A DNA stretch of 53,190 nucleotides from a virus (taxonomy: Duplodnaviria > Caudoviricetes): positions 1 through 53,190 of the IMG/VR virus record IMGVR_UViG_3300018083_000037; one strand, 5' to 3'. The notes under the pieces were generated by a model. That model worked only from the letters and a program-made list of their open reading frames with translations. It was not told where the DNA came from and did not search any database. Below, one piece after another: positions 10,501 to 18,993 of the stretch; position 1 is the first letter of the stretch, and each line of letters begins with the position of its first letter. The position numbers and the translations under genes are program-made.

Positions 10501-10834
10501 CGGCGGGGCACAAACAATTCAGTTACCTACAAATTCAGTCGCACTCAGTGGAACCGGCAGCACAGACGATGTTTTAATCGTTGCTTACTTATGGACACAG
10601 ATCAGCGGTCCATCAACAGCAACAATCACAACACCGACATTTTCAACAACAAGCTATACAAACCTGGTTGCAGGTGTTTATTTCTTCCAGCTGCAGGTAA
10701 GTGACGCCGGCGGATTAACAGATACAGACATTGTTCAGATAACAGTATTGGCCGCGGATCCACCAGATCCTCCAATATTAGGTGGCCGGCCAGCCTTTGG
10801 AGGTAACATAAAATTTTTGCCTCGAATACCATAA
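7517..10834 (+). CDS. Exported glycoside-hydrolase-like protein (TIM barrel + DUF4832-like) followed by 6 PKD-like repeats
   Basis: Signal peptide; 'YYGCYSEQH', 'PIGGEP', 'AGYRLRL..NWLNEGGAPPY' motifs; six ~95-aa P-x-ANAG...Y-x-W...GxYxFxLxVTD repeats. Confidence 0.75.
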   Translation: MKALRTILIWALCACFVTNVSSQVNFSFTPIPLTTDFRRPDCGGTLWNGQDAPFGTMHIPVSGSPVEPMDGYHRFGMTEFFANSGAADSTIIFTRFDAFMNYCIDRRQGARFRVMGLCNNCGNPPNDNFNQLVNYGGGWNVIPQFLHNLQQAEPNAADRDWFSTQGDQDQWVANTNSWAFQRWVGKLSLAIKNHINATSHNGVNYGDVLKIYDLGYYGCYSEQHSNCICNTISDGTIPVGARHTDAGLQAIVNQQTNAFGGDQRWKIVIPFNAFDAMWLSHTFNTVVYGNFLLNHPDSIGWINDHIGADESYDHSYLENNNRINNAKLMNRWRFTPIGGEPVEWGSPSGRAAVPDYVSRYHMSFFGNGNLNGVFTNANTTEANNFRLASRLAGYRLRLTGGSANAGASLTINLNWLNEGGAPPYYNWTVQYLLKNGGGTVVSILTSSFNPRYFQPSGSPITKTDVFGIPAIPVGTYGLYVIVKDPLNFRLPMPLAITPQQGDGSYFLGNLTLGGGTNTPPIANAGPNQSITGTSASLTGSSSSDPDGTISTYAWSQVGSTPNTASIVSASSVNTSVTGLVGGVYTFNLTVTDNSGATASDQVQITVNGNLAPNANAGPNQVITLPTSQVTLNGSGSSDDVGIVTYAWTQQSGPNVANRQTPAAVSTIVSSLIAGTYTFRLTVTDGSGLTAFDDVQVTVGTGNTAPIANAGPNQTITSPSNSVFVNGAGSTDPGGAVTAYLWTQVGGPVTGTISTPTNVSTAIFDLDAVGVYVFRLRVEDAGGLFSVDDIQITVDPAPPTIPIANAGPNQTITLPTSSVTVNSSASTDDVAITSRVWSKTSGPSSFSITSPTSISTTITLLVAGVYTFRITVFDGSSNSDFDEVTVTVLAAANAAPIAVATASPQTMTLPTNSTTLNSTGSSDDVSITAYLWTKVSGPTGGAIATPTSSSTAISSLQAGTYVFRLRVTDSQGLFDTDDITITVNPAANAAPVAVITGGAQTIQLPTNSVALSGTGSTDDVLIVAYLWTQISGPSTATITTPTFSTTSYTNLVAGVYFFQLQVSDAGGLTDTDIVQITVLAADPPDPPILGGRPAFGGNIKFLPRIP
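9065..10750 (+). repeat. Six tandem PKD/Ig-like coding repeats
   Basis: Repeat starts NTPPIANAG, NLAPNANAG, NTAPIANAG, TIPIANAG, NAAPIAVA, NAAPVAVI. Confidence 0.9.
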
Positions 10835-10844
10835 AAATAATATC

Positions 10845-13259
10845 ATGAAAAAAATTATCTCTTTCCTTCTGCTCCTTTCGCTGATAACTACAGCGCAGGC
10901 GCAGACTATTATCATCGAGAAGGACCTCGACACAGTTGTTCTCAGCTCTCCCGATTGCATCGTCGCGGTGAAAAAATATGTGCCGCCAACGTTGAATAGA
11001 AGGCCAATCGCCAGGGCTGGTGAAGATTTCTCCATTACATTGCCTGTAACGCAGTTTCAACTAAATGCAAATGCTTCAGTAGATCCGGACGGATTTATAA
11101 AAAGTTATGGTTGGAGAAAAATTGGTGGACCGGCGGCGGTGCTGAATGATGCAGCAAAGATGATCGCAACGGTAACGAGTGCATCAACCGTTGGTATTTA
11201 TTCCTATGAATTAAGGGTGGTTGATAACCTTGGATTGATGGGTGCAGACACGGTAAAAGTTGCTGTGAATAATGCTGTACCGGTCAACCAGCCGCCAATT
11301 GCAAACGCCGGACCGGATATTACGATATCATTGCCTCAGAGCTCTGTTCAATTGGATGGATCACGTTCATCCGACATAGATGGAATAGTACAGTCATTTG
11401 CCTGGAGAAGAATATCAGGGCCAACAGTATCAATATCAAATAGTGACAGAGCAGTTGCGACAGTATCTAATTTGCGACAAGCCGTTTACACTTTTGAATT
11501 AAGGGTAAGCGACAATTCCGGTGCTGTCAGATCAGATAGCGTAAGGGTTACAGTAAATGCTGCGCCTGTGGTTAATCAACCACCCAATGCAGTGGCAGTG
11601 GCAGCTCCTTCTTCGATTACATTACCAACAACGACTGTCAATCTTAGCGCAGCATCTTCCAGCGATGCCGATGGCGCCATTCTTTCCTGGTTATGGGAGA
11701 AAGTAGCAGGACCACCCGTTGGCACAATTCAAAACGTTTCTGCCAGTGAATCGGTTGTAAATGGTTTAACGATAGCCGGCAGTTATACCTACCGGCTTAC
11801 TGTTACAGATAATGAAGGCGCGAAATCTTCAGCCAATGTTTCGGTTACCGTTAATCCCGAAATAGTAAATCCTCCTGAAGGGCAACCTTTTAATTTTTCT
11901 ATCGCTAAAAACACGGCATTTAAACCGCGTAAATTTTCAGGCACAGAAGATTGGAATGGTCAGTATTATACTTCTTTCTCCGGAGGATTTCAAGATAAAT
12001 ATTTCAGATACTGTTGGACCGACATCGAGAAACAAACACAGGGCAACTACGTTTGGACAAGATTTGATCAGGAGTTTCAAAAGGCTATAAATGCAGGTGC
12101 TAAGTTCTCATTTGGGGTAATGACTGTTTGCGATAGCGACGACTTCTTAGCTGAAGAAATTATAAACGGCTCATCATCCCGATATCCAAAATATGTTCAT
12201 GACCGGATGCAGAGCGAATCCGTAAAGGATTATGCAAAGAACGGCCAATGGATTCCAAACTGGAATAGCACTTTCTTCCTGGATAGATTCGACGCCTTAC
12301 TTAAAGCAATTCAGGCCCACATCATTTCAAAAGGCTGGCAGGATAAAATCAACTATGTTGACATCCGCGGGTATGGACAGTGGGGTGAATGGCACAGCGT
12401 TGGTTTTGGTCAGCCAGTTTCTTCCATGCCTGCCGGCACACGTCCAACACCGGCAACTTATAAAAGATTCGTTGATGGCCACATTGCCGCTTTCCCGGAT
12501 TATCAGTTAGTAATGCTGCTTGCTGCTTTGGATGCAGAGTGGTTGGATAATACCATGACGCCAAAAGAAGTGACTGATTATATCTTAAAAGCAAAGAACA
12601 ATGTTGGTGTAATTGGTGTAAGAAGGGATCAGTGGGGTGCAACAGATGGTTATGTGCACGACTATTTGGAAAATAATAATCGTAACTGGAACGGAGGCCC
12701 CGCATTTAAGACCGCTATCATGGACAGGTGGAAGACTGCTCCATGGGTAGGTGAGCCGATGGGCCCGGGTAGCAATCTTTCCGATTTACCAAGACAAGTT
12801 ACATTCTATCATGCAGTCAGTGTTGGTAATGGAAACTATACTGCAGATGGTACAAGCCAGAATCATTTCAAAAATGCGGAAGCAGCAGCTGGTTACAGGC
12901 TTGCTTTAGGTGCCGGCGATGGGAAGTTTTCAAAGTCATCATTGACCGTAAATATGTCAATAGAAAACTTTGGCCTGACCCCATGCTATGAAGCATTCGA
13001 CCTGGTCTATGAATTAAGAAACTCCTCAGGCACTAAGGTGGCCAGCTTCACAAGCAACTGGAAGGCCAGGTTAAAACTTCCGGGCACATATTCAACAGGA
13101 GCAGAAACGTGGATCATTTCGTCACCACTCCCTGCAGGGACTTATTCATTAGTGGCAACATTTAAAAACAGTTACCGCAGCATGCCTGTGTTCAATAATG
13201 GGCAGGGCTCGGATGGATATATCACATTGAAAACAGGATTAACAGTTTCTAACCAGTAA
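10845..13259 (+). CDS. Exported protein: 3 PKD-like repeats followed by glycoside-hydrolase-like TIM barrel + DUF4832-like domain
   Basis: Signal MKKIISFLLLLSLITTAQA|Q; 'YFRYCWTDIE..QGNYVW', 'GYGQWGEWH', 'PWVGEP', 'AGYRL' (GH-A clan-like). Confidence 0.8.
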   Translation: MKKIISFLLLLSLITTAQAQTIIIEKDLDTVVLSSPDCIVAVKKYVPPTLNRRPIARAGEDFSITLPVTQFQLNANASVDPDGFIKSYGWRKIGGPAAVLNDAAKMIATVTSASTVGIYSYELRVVDNLGLMGADTVKVAVNNAVPVNQPPIANAGPDITISLPQSSVQLDGSRSSDIDGIVQSFAWRRISGPTVSISNSDRAVATVSNLRQAVYTFELRVSDNSGAVRSDSVRVTVNAAPVVNQPPNAVAVAAPSSITLPTTTVNLSAASSSDADGAILSWLWEKVAGPPVGTIQNVSASESVVNGLTIAGSYTYRLTVTDNEGAKSSANVSVTVNPEIVNPPEGQPFNFSIAKNTAFKPRKFSGTEDWNGQYYTSFSGGFQDKYFRYCWTDIEKQTQGNYVWTRFDQEFQKAINAGAKFSFGVMTVCDSDDFLAEEIINGSSSRYPKYVHDRMQSESVKDYAKNGQWIPNWNSTFFLDRFDALLKAIQAHIISKGWQDKINYVDIRGYGQWGEWHSVGFGQPVSSMPAGTRPTPATYKRFVDGHIAAFPDYQLVMLLAALDAEWLDNTMTPKEVTDYILKAKNNVGVIGVRRDQWGATDGYVHDYLENNNRNWNGGPAFKTAIMDRWKTAPWVGEPMGPGSNLSDLPRQVTFYHAVSVGNGNYTADGTSQNHFKNAEAAAGYRLALGAGDGKFSKSSLTVNMSIENFGLTPCYEAFDLVYELRNSSGTKVASFTSNWKARLKLPGTYSTGAETWIISSPLPAGTYSLVATFKNSYRSMPVFNNGQGSDGYITLKTGLTVSNQ
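10995..11855 (+). repeat. Three tandem PKD/Ig-like coding repeats
   Basis: Repeat starts NRRPIARAG, NQPPIANAG, NQPPNAVA. Confidence 0.9.
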
Positions 13260-13288
13260 CCTGAAAAACTAACGCATGATGAAAAAGG

Positions 13289-13411
13289 ATGCCGGTCCTT
13301 CTATACTTATTTATTGCGCTGATAGGAGCAGGTGCGATTGCTGAAATAAAGTGGTTTTTGGCAAGGAGGAAAGGTATCATCGAGAAGAAAAAGCAGAATA
13401 ATATTTTATGA
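13289..13411 (+). CDS. 40-aa single-TM peptide (not in ORF track)
   Basis: MPVLLYLFIALIGAGAIAEIKWFLARRKGIIEKKKQNNIL; stop overlaps next start (ATGA). Confidence 0.5.
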   Translation: MPVLLYLFIALIGAGAIAEIKWFLARRKGIIEKKKQNNIL

Positions 13412-13743
13412 AAATACTGGTCATAACATTTGCCGAAATAGCCGCATGGGTTTCCCCTGTATTAAGTGGCGCTATTATGTGGATACTGGCCAGAAAAAAA
13501 AACTCGGCTGAGATCAGGAAGACTGAGGTTGAAACCGATGGATTGGAATTGAATAACCTACACCTGGCAACAAAGATTTGGAAAGATATGGTTCGGGAAC
13601 TGCAGGTGGAAGTAAATCAGCTCCGCGTTCAGGTCCAGAAATTAAGCCACCAGGTTTTGACATTTAGCCTGGAGAACACATCGCTGAAAGAAGAATTAGA
13701 ATCGCTGCAGAAGTTGATTAAAGAAAGAACAAACGAGAAATAA
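13408..13743 (+). CDS. Holin-like membrane protein (N-terminal TM + coiled coil)
   Basis: Hydrophobic N-terminus, ARKK, heptad C-terminus, lysis context. Confidence 0.5.
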   Translation: MKILVITFAEIAAWVSPVLSGAIMWILARKKNSAEIRKTEVETDGLELNNLHLATKIWKDMVRELQVEVNQLRVQVQKLSHQVLTFSLENTSLKEELESLQKLIKERTNEK

Positions 13744-13769
13744 TTTTTAAACTATAAAAAATAATAATT

Positions 13770-14174
13770 ATGGAACAGACATTTTGGGACAAACACAAAG
13801 TATTTATTCTTGGTCTCTTAGCCTCTATTAGTATCGTCCTGCAACAGTATGTCGGTCAGGCACAACCAGACACAAAGGTTTTACTCTATGCAGTTGTGAT
13901 GACTGTCCTTTCTTACCTGGCGTCAAAATGGCGTGGACAGGGTCTTTCTATCATTGGTATAGTTGGTACCTTGGCCGGTGTATTTGTCACTGAAAATGAA
14001 ACCGGAAACTTTACGTGGTTTCAATTTGGCTTACAGGCTACCATTGCCGTGATTGCTGCAGCTGCACCTGATCCCAAAAGCAGAGGGTATGAACATTCAG
14101 AAACAATTACAGCGGCTAAGAAGGAGGGTAATAAGCTGATGGATGCGCCGATAACATCCAAGCCTGAGGAGTGA
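13770..14174 (+). CDS. Putative holin (multi-TM)
   Basis: About four hydrophobic segments and a charged C-tail, upstream of the lysin. Confidence 0.55.
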   Translation: MEQTFWDKHKVFILGLLASISIVLQQYVGQAQPDTKVLLYAVVMTVLSYLASKWRGQGLSIIGIVGTLAGVFVTENETGNFTWFQFGLQATIAVIAAAAPDPKSRGYEHSETITAAKKEGNKLMDAPITSKPEE

Positions 14175-14266
14175 ACAGGAATGCACTGATAGTCCTTTTG
14201 ATTGCTTATGCAATAATCGTGGCTGTGGTATTCCTTATCGCAACCATATTTTACCATTTAAAATAA
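14171..14266 (+). CDS. 31-aa hydrophobic peptide (not in ORF track)
   Basis: GTG start overlaps upstream TGA; MNRNALIVLLIAYAIIVAVVFLIATIFYHLK. Confidence 0.45.
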   Translation: MNRNALIVLLIAYAIIVAVVFLIATIFYHLK

Positions 14267-14271
14267 CTGTT

Positions 14272-15339
14272 ATGGATCAATCACAATTAGAAATGATCAT
14301 GATGTTTCAACTTGAAAACATCAGCCGTACGGAAGAAGAATTAACACCTGATACCATTCATGAAGATTACCTGAAGCCAACAGCACGGGGTAAAGTGGAC
14401 CCAGCCCGGGTGTACCAGGATTTCATCGGGTGGACATTTGATGCCAACGATGTGGAAGAAAAGCCATGGCCTGAAGATTGGAAAAAGTTATCTGTCCGCG
14501 ATCTGGCTTCAAAACTTTTAATGATCGCTTTCATCCTGATGATGCCTTTTTTTGCAAAGTCTCAGCTGCAGGTAACCATAGGCGCCGGTAATACTGATTT
14601 AAGAGAAGCGGCCGTCACGATCGGCATTTCTTATTTCAAAGCATTTGACAGCATCTGGAAACAAAACAACAGGCGCTGGTATGGAAAGAATTCAACGTTC
14701 AGCATTAACCCGGAATTGAACATACAAACCGGAACCGAAGATGCTTTTTCTTCCATCACTATGAAAGCAACGGGATTATTAATGAAGTTTAAAACCACCA
14801 CCGTTGCTGGCCTCCTTACTCCCAATAGCAATGCTTTGTTTCACACTTTTCCAATGTCGCTGGGTATTGAAACGAACAACCTGTTTAGTTCAGTCAATGC
14901 GATCGTTGAAGGAGGATGGATGCCATGGTACCAGGCAAACGGAGTGGACCTGCCGAAGCTATTAAAGACAACCAGTTTCGGAGTATTCCTGCAGGCCGGT
15001 TATAAAATGTATGTCGACAGCAGCGGTCGGATCCCGGTGGGCGGGGATAAGGATGAAAGCGAAGAATTGCCGGACAAGTTTTTAGCCAGGGTAAAAGGAT
15101 CCTTTGATGTGGACACAAAAACAATCCTGAAGGTAAGCGGCCTGGATGTGGGTATAGTTGGTGGTGCAGATGTGTGGTTTGACGTAGTAAACGGCGCCAC
15201 ATATTACCGGCTCGAAGGTCGTGGGCGGTTTTATATTGACAAGCTAAGATATGTTGATGTTATTTACCAGAAAGGCAGCGGAGCGCCCAATTTCAACCAG
15301 GGTGATCAGTATGGCGTCGGATTAACAATCACATTCTAA
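14272..15339 (+). CDS. Putative outer-membrane beta-barrel protein with N-terminal extension
   Basis: Internal signal-like 'KLLMIAFILMMPFFAKS|Q' at aa ~81-97; amphipathic strands; C-terminal beta-signal 'YGVGLTITF'. Confidence 0.55.
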   Translation: MDQSQLEMIMMFQLENISRTEEELTPDTIHEDYLKPTARGKVDPARVYQDFIGWTFDANDVEEKPWPEDWKKLSVRDLASKLLMIAFILMMPFFAKSQLQVTIGAGNTDLREAAVTIGISYFKAFDSIWKQNNRRWYGKNSTFSINPELNIQTGTEDAFSSITMKATGLLMKFKTTTVAGLLTPNSNALFHTFPMSLGIETNNLFSSVNAIVEGGWMPWYQANGVDLPKLLKTTSFGVFLQAGYKMYVDSSGRIPVGGDKDESEELPDKFLARVKGSFDVDTKTILKVSGLDVGIVGGADVWFDVVNGATYYRLEGRGRFYIDKLRYVDVIYQKGSGAPNFNQGDQYGVGLTITF

Positions 15340-15349
15340 TTCATTCATT

Positions 15350-15892
15350 ATGACAAGACCAAAATTGACCCAGCTGGAAGCTGAGGCCATGATAAACAAA
15401 TTTGCTCCTTATACAATCGTTGAGCCGGTAAAAGTACTGGCAATTCGTGGCTATTATAAGCAAACCATGGGCGATCCAGAGGCAAACGATCGCGGCATTT
15501 ATGATGATGCCTTTATTCTGATCGGCCCAAATTTCTACAATACTTATAACGGGAATACGGATCCATCCAAATATAAACCCGGGATTGCAAAGCTGGTGCC
15601 TGGGCTTCACTATTTCAAAAAAGGAAAGCATGGCATCAGCAGGCCCGGGGGCGGGTACAATGCCTTCAGGCCAGATACACCCGACGAAGGTTTAGATGTT
15701 ACCAGGGACGGCAAAACAGGCGTCTACAGGGGCATTGCAATCAATATTCATAAAGGCGGGGAGATTTATACCAATAGTGCCGGCTGCCAAACAGTGTGGC
15801 CATCACAATGGCTGGAGTTTCAAACGAAGGTTTATGATATGATGACAATGGAAGGGCAGCGGAGGCTTCCCTATTTACTTGTGGATGGATAG
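15350..15892 (+). CDS. Putative endolysin (YkuD/L,D-transpeptidase-like catalytic motif)
   Basis: 'INIHKGG...SAGCQ' His/Cys motif; lysis context. Confidence 0.65.
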   Translation: MTRPKLTQLEAEAMINKFAPYTIVEPVKVLAIRGYYKQTMGDPEANDRGIYDDAFILIGPNFYNTYNGNTDPSKYKPGIAKLVPGLHYFKKGKHGISRPGGGYNAFRPDTPDEGLDVTRDGKTGVYRGIAINIHKGGEIYTNSAGCQTVWPSQWLEFQTKVYDMMTMEGQRRLPYLLVDG

Positions 15893-15894
15893 CC

Positions 15895-17073
15895 ATGCAG
15901 GTTGGCTTTTTAATTAAAATATTCTATGTGACAGAAAAGCAGCGGATCAGAGAGTATATTTTAAAAAACCCAACCGTTTCGGCAAAGGAAGGGGCAAAGG
16001 CATTGGGAACAACCAGGCCATATTTTCAGAAAGCCAGGACGCAGATGAAGAAGGAAGGGCTGGCGAAGAAAAAGCCCGATGGATGGCAAAGGAAAGTTAG
16101 AAAGCATGAGCACGAAGCGCTGGAAGCAGAATGTGCGGCTGTTGGGATCCCGGTTGAAAGGGTGGGGCACTACTGGTATAAATCAGAGCACTTTTCAATA
16201 AATGTAAAGGGGGAGCAGGTTAGTTTCTTTGACTTAGCGGAACAGTTGATTGAACAGATGGGGAAACATTCGCCGAAGTATTCGGTGATAAAATACCCTA
16301 AAATAAAAGAAGGGCATTTGCTGGTGATTGATCCTGCTGACGTGCATATCGGGAAATTATGCAGGGCGTTTGAAACAGGCGATGAATTCAATCATAAGAT
16401 AGCGGTTGAAAGGGTCCGGGCAGGAGTAACGGGCATTTTACAAAAGGCACAGGGATTCCCGGTTGATCAGATCTTATTCATCATTGGTAACGATGTGCTG
16501 CATGTTGACAATGCTAAAAGCAGCACCACTAGTGGAACTTTTCAGGATACCGATTTGATGTGGTACGATGCTTTTAATATCGCCTTCAAACTTTATGTTG
16601 AAAACATCGAAATGATTTCACAGGTGGCGCCGGTCCATATTCAGCATAATCCATCGAATCACGATTACCTGGCTGGTTACTTTCTGGCACATAGTTTAAA
16701 AAGTTGGTTTAGTAAAAGCAAGAATGTAACCTTTTCGATATCGACAGCGCACAGAAAGTATTATACCTATGGTAAAAACCTTATTGGAACAACGCATGGC
16801 GATGGAGCAAAAGAAACGGACCTGGCATTGCTGATGGCACACGAGGCAAAAGAAAGTTGGAATCATTGCATACACCGATATTTTTATATGCATCACATAC
16901 ACCATAAAAGAAGCAGGGATTATATGAGCGTTTGCGTTGAAGCATTGAGAAGTCCAAGCGGGACGGATAGCTGGCACCACCGAAACGGGTATGCCCACAG
17001 TCCGAAAGCAGTTGAAGGTTACATCCACCATAAAGAGTTTGGTCAAATTGCCAGGCTTACAAACATATTTTAG
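15895..17073 (+). CDS. Calcineurin-like metallophosphoesterase with N-terminal HTH
   Basis: DVHIG, GNDVLH, SNHD, HGD, HHIHH motifs; probable start GTG ~15928. Confidence 0.8.
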   Translation: MQVGFLIKIFYVTEKQRIREYILKNPTVSAKEGAKALGTTRPYFQKARTQMKKEGLAKKKPDGWQRKVRKHEHEALEAECAAVGIPVERVGHYWYKSEHFSINVKGEQVSFFDLAEQLIEQMGKHSPKYSVIKYPKIKEGHLLVIDPADVHIGKLCRAFETGDEFNHKIAVERVRAGVTGILQKAQGFPVDQILFIIGNDVLHVDNAKSSTTSGTFQDTDLMWYDAFNIAFKLYVENIEMISQVAPVHIQHNPSNHDYLAGYFLAHSLKSWFSKSKNVTFSISTAHRKYYTYGKNLIGTTHGDGAKETDLALLMAHEAKESWNHCIHRYFYMHHIHHKRSRDYMSVCVEALRSPSGTDSWHHRNGYAHSPKAVEGYIHHKEFGQIARLTNIF

Positions 17074-17075
17074 AT

Positions 17076-17501
17076 ATGAAAAAGTGTAGTAAATGCGGAG
17101 AATTAAAGCCACTTGATGCTTTTCATAAAAGATCGAATAGGCCTTGTGGAGTAAGGTCGCAATGCAAAGAATGCTATTCGAAATACCCGGTTAAATTAAA
17201 AAGAAGGGAAGGGTATATGAGGGAGTATGATTTGAATAAATCTTACGGCATTGGGTTGCCTGAATATAATAGGTTATTTGAACAACAAAACGGCAAATGT
17301 GCCATTTGTGGGCAATCGGCGGAAGAAAAACACATGGGAAGGAAAAAGAATTTATGCGTTGACCATTGCCATGATAAGGATACGATTAGAGGGTTACTAT
17401 GCGACCAGTGTAATCGGGCTATGGGACTGTTTCAGGATGACCTGGAAATATTAAACAGTGCATTGGAGTATTTATTAAAACACAAATTAAAAGTAGCCTA
17501 A
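17076..17501 (+). CDS. Endonuclease VII-family (His-Me finger) protein
   Basis: 'QQNGKCAIC...VDHCH...IRGLLCDQCN' plus N-terminal CxxC pairs. Confidence 0.9.
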   Translation: MKKCSKCGELKPLDAFHKRSNRPCGVRSQCKECYSKYPVKLKRREGYMREYDLNKSYGIGLPEYNRLFEQQNGKCAICGQSAEEKHMGRKKNLCVDHCHDKDTIRGLLCDQCNRAMGLFQDDLEILNSALEYLLKHKLKVA

Positions 17502-17502
17502 C

Positions 17503-17757
17503 GTGGAAACTTTAACGATGTGCAGAGACAGTTTATGCCCGATGAAAGGTCGGTGCCTTCGTTATACGGCGAAGCCCGGTTTGCTGGTCCAGAAATATTT
17601 CACACAATCACCGCGAAACCCGGATGGCACCTGCAGCGAATTTTGGAGTGATACGGCGCAGTTAATTCATGAACAGTTAAATGATCTGTTAAATGGAAGA
17701 TCAGGAAAAAACGGAACCGGAAAAGACGGCACCGGAGGAAACGGGGGATCAGTTTGA
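17503..17757 (+). CDS. Small Cys-rich phage protein
   Basis: C-x4-CP-x4-C-x-RY...C..FW pattern. Confidence 0.55.
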   Translation: METLTMCRDSLCPMKGRCLRYTAKPGLLVQKYFTQSPRNPDGTCSEFWSDTAQLIHEQLNDLLNGRSGKNGTGKDGTGGNGGSV

Positions 17758-17977
17758 AGATGAAGTATCGGATCATATACTAAGTCTTACAAGCGCATTT
17801 AACAGCCTGATGGAGGTAGATGGCAAGTTATTGTCAAAGGTGCGGCAGTCAAAGCTGGCAAAGATGAAGCGACAGATATTCGATGCCCTGGTTTATTACT
17901 GTGATTGCCTGCCGGAGCCTGAAAAAAAAGATGAAGGAAAACTGGAAAGTGAAGCAGACGAAAGTGAAAATGTTTAG
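17693..17977 (+). CDS. Hypothetical acidic protein
   Basis: 94-aa ORF preceding terminator. Confidence 0.5.
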   Translation: MEDQEKTEPEKTAPEETGDQFEDEVSDHILSLTSAFNSLMEVDGKLLSKVRQSKLAKMKRQIFDALVYYCDCLPEPEKKDEGKLESEADESENV

Positions 17978-18029
17978 TAAAATATAGCGATTGTTTTTTG
18001 GATTTTTTTCAGCAGTTAGTTTTGGTTGC

Positions 18030-18062
18030 GGCCTGGCTGTTCTCAGCCGGGCCTATTTTTTT
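18030..18062 (+). terminator. Intrinsic terminator
   Basis: GGCCTGGCTG-ttct-CAGCCGGGCC followed by TATTTTTTT. Confidence 0.85.
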
Positions 18063-18105
18063 CAGAATGTGCTAATTTAAAAACTACGTAATGTCGTAAA
18101 TTAAT

Positions 18106-18113
18106 TACTTTTG
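18106..18113 (+). promoter_or_regulatory. Bacteroidota-type -7 box for the glycosylation operon
   Basis: TACTTTTG matches TAnnTTTG, 17 nt before ATG 18131, just after a terminator. Confidence 0.6.
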
Positions 18114-18130
18114 GCGGCAATCGAAATTCA

Positions 18131-18670
18131 ATGCCTATTCATTTTATCCAGCCTTTTAGACAAGACCGGAACCTTGGATTTGCTTATAATGAGGCAATGG
18201 CATTGATCCCTGACGGCGATTATGCCTGCATCCGCGACATCGACACACTCTTCCTGACGCCAAATACTCCCAATCTTATTCAGAAATATATTGACACCTA
18301 TCCCGATGCTGTACTTACCTGTTTAGCCAACCGGGTTAGCCATTACAGCAAACTGCAGCTATACCAGGGCGTAGTAAACGACAATCCGGACATCATATAT
18401 CATGGAAAGATTGCGTTGGATTTAGAGCAGCAGCCTATTGGCGTGAGGCGAATTACCAGTTTTATATCCGGCTTTCTTATGGTGGTTTCAAAAAAGATAT
18501 GGCGTCGGTTCCCTTTCCCTGAAACCGGTAAATGCCTGGGGGTTGATACCGATTGGAGTAAAAAGCTAATTAAAAACGGAGTGCCGATATATTCCATGCA
18601 ATCCGTGTACCTGTGGCATACATACCGGCTATTTACTAACGTCAGCGATAAAAGCCACCTGAAGGTATGA
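18131..18670 (+). CDS. GT-A (GT2-like) glycosyltransferase
   Basis: 'GFAYNEAM', DxD 'RDIDT', 'GVDTDWS', C-terminal 'LWH'. Confidence 0.7.
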   Translation: MPIHFIQPFRQDRNLGFAYNEAMALIPDGDYACIRDIDTLFLTPNTPNLIQKYIDTYPDAVLTCLANRVSHYSKLQLYQGVVNDNPDIIYHGKIALDLEQQPIGVRRITSFISGFLMVVSKKIWRRFPFPETGKCLGVDTDWSKKLIKNGVPIYSMQSVYLWHTYRLFTNVSDKSHLKV

Positions 18671-18876
18671 AAGGTATAACCCTGATAGTAATAGCGGTAT
18701 TTATAATTCTTTTGGCCTTTTGGCTGAAGGAAAAAAGGGAAGCTTATTTCCGGCCATCCAAGGACGCACCAAAAAGCAGCGTCAGAATTTCTATTGATTC
18801 AAGCAATGGGAATGTTATTACTGTCACAAGTTCCGACACTACAATAATAATAAACGGCGATGAAAATATTAGATAA
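18667..18876 (+). CDS. Small membrane-anchored protein
   Basis: N-terminal TM; ATGA overlap with upstream gene. Confidence 0.55.
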   Translation: MKGITLIVIAVFIILLAFWLKEKREAYFRPSKDAPKSSVRISIDSSNGNVITVTSSDTTIIINGDENIR

Positions 18877-18991
18877 AATACCATACTGGCTGCAGATAAC
18901 TATAGCATTGATAGCACTGGCGGCCGTTATTTATTTCACCTGTTCCTTCGATTGGCTGTTTGAGAAGGATGAATTTGATTATCCATTTTAA
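18860..18991 (+). CDS. 43-aa single-TM peptide (not in ORF track)
   Basis: MKILDKIPYWLQITIALIALAAVIYFTCSFDWLFEKDEFDYPF fills the gap before 18994. Confidence 0.45.
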   Translation: MKILDKIPYWLQITIALIALAAVIYFTCSFDWLFEKDEFDYPF

Positions 18992-18993
18992 TT

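Noticed and set aside
5273-13259. Remote DGR VRs in the fibre or GH genes
   Set aside because: No TR-like sequence or GSRLC-type motif was noticed by eye; an A-tolerant alignment would be needed to exclude it formally
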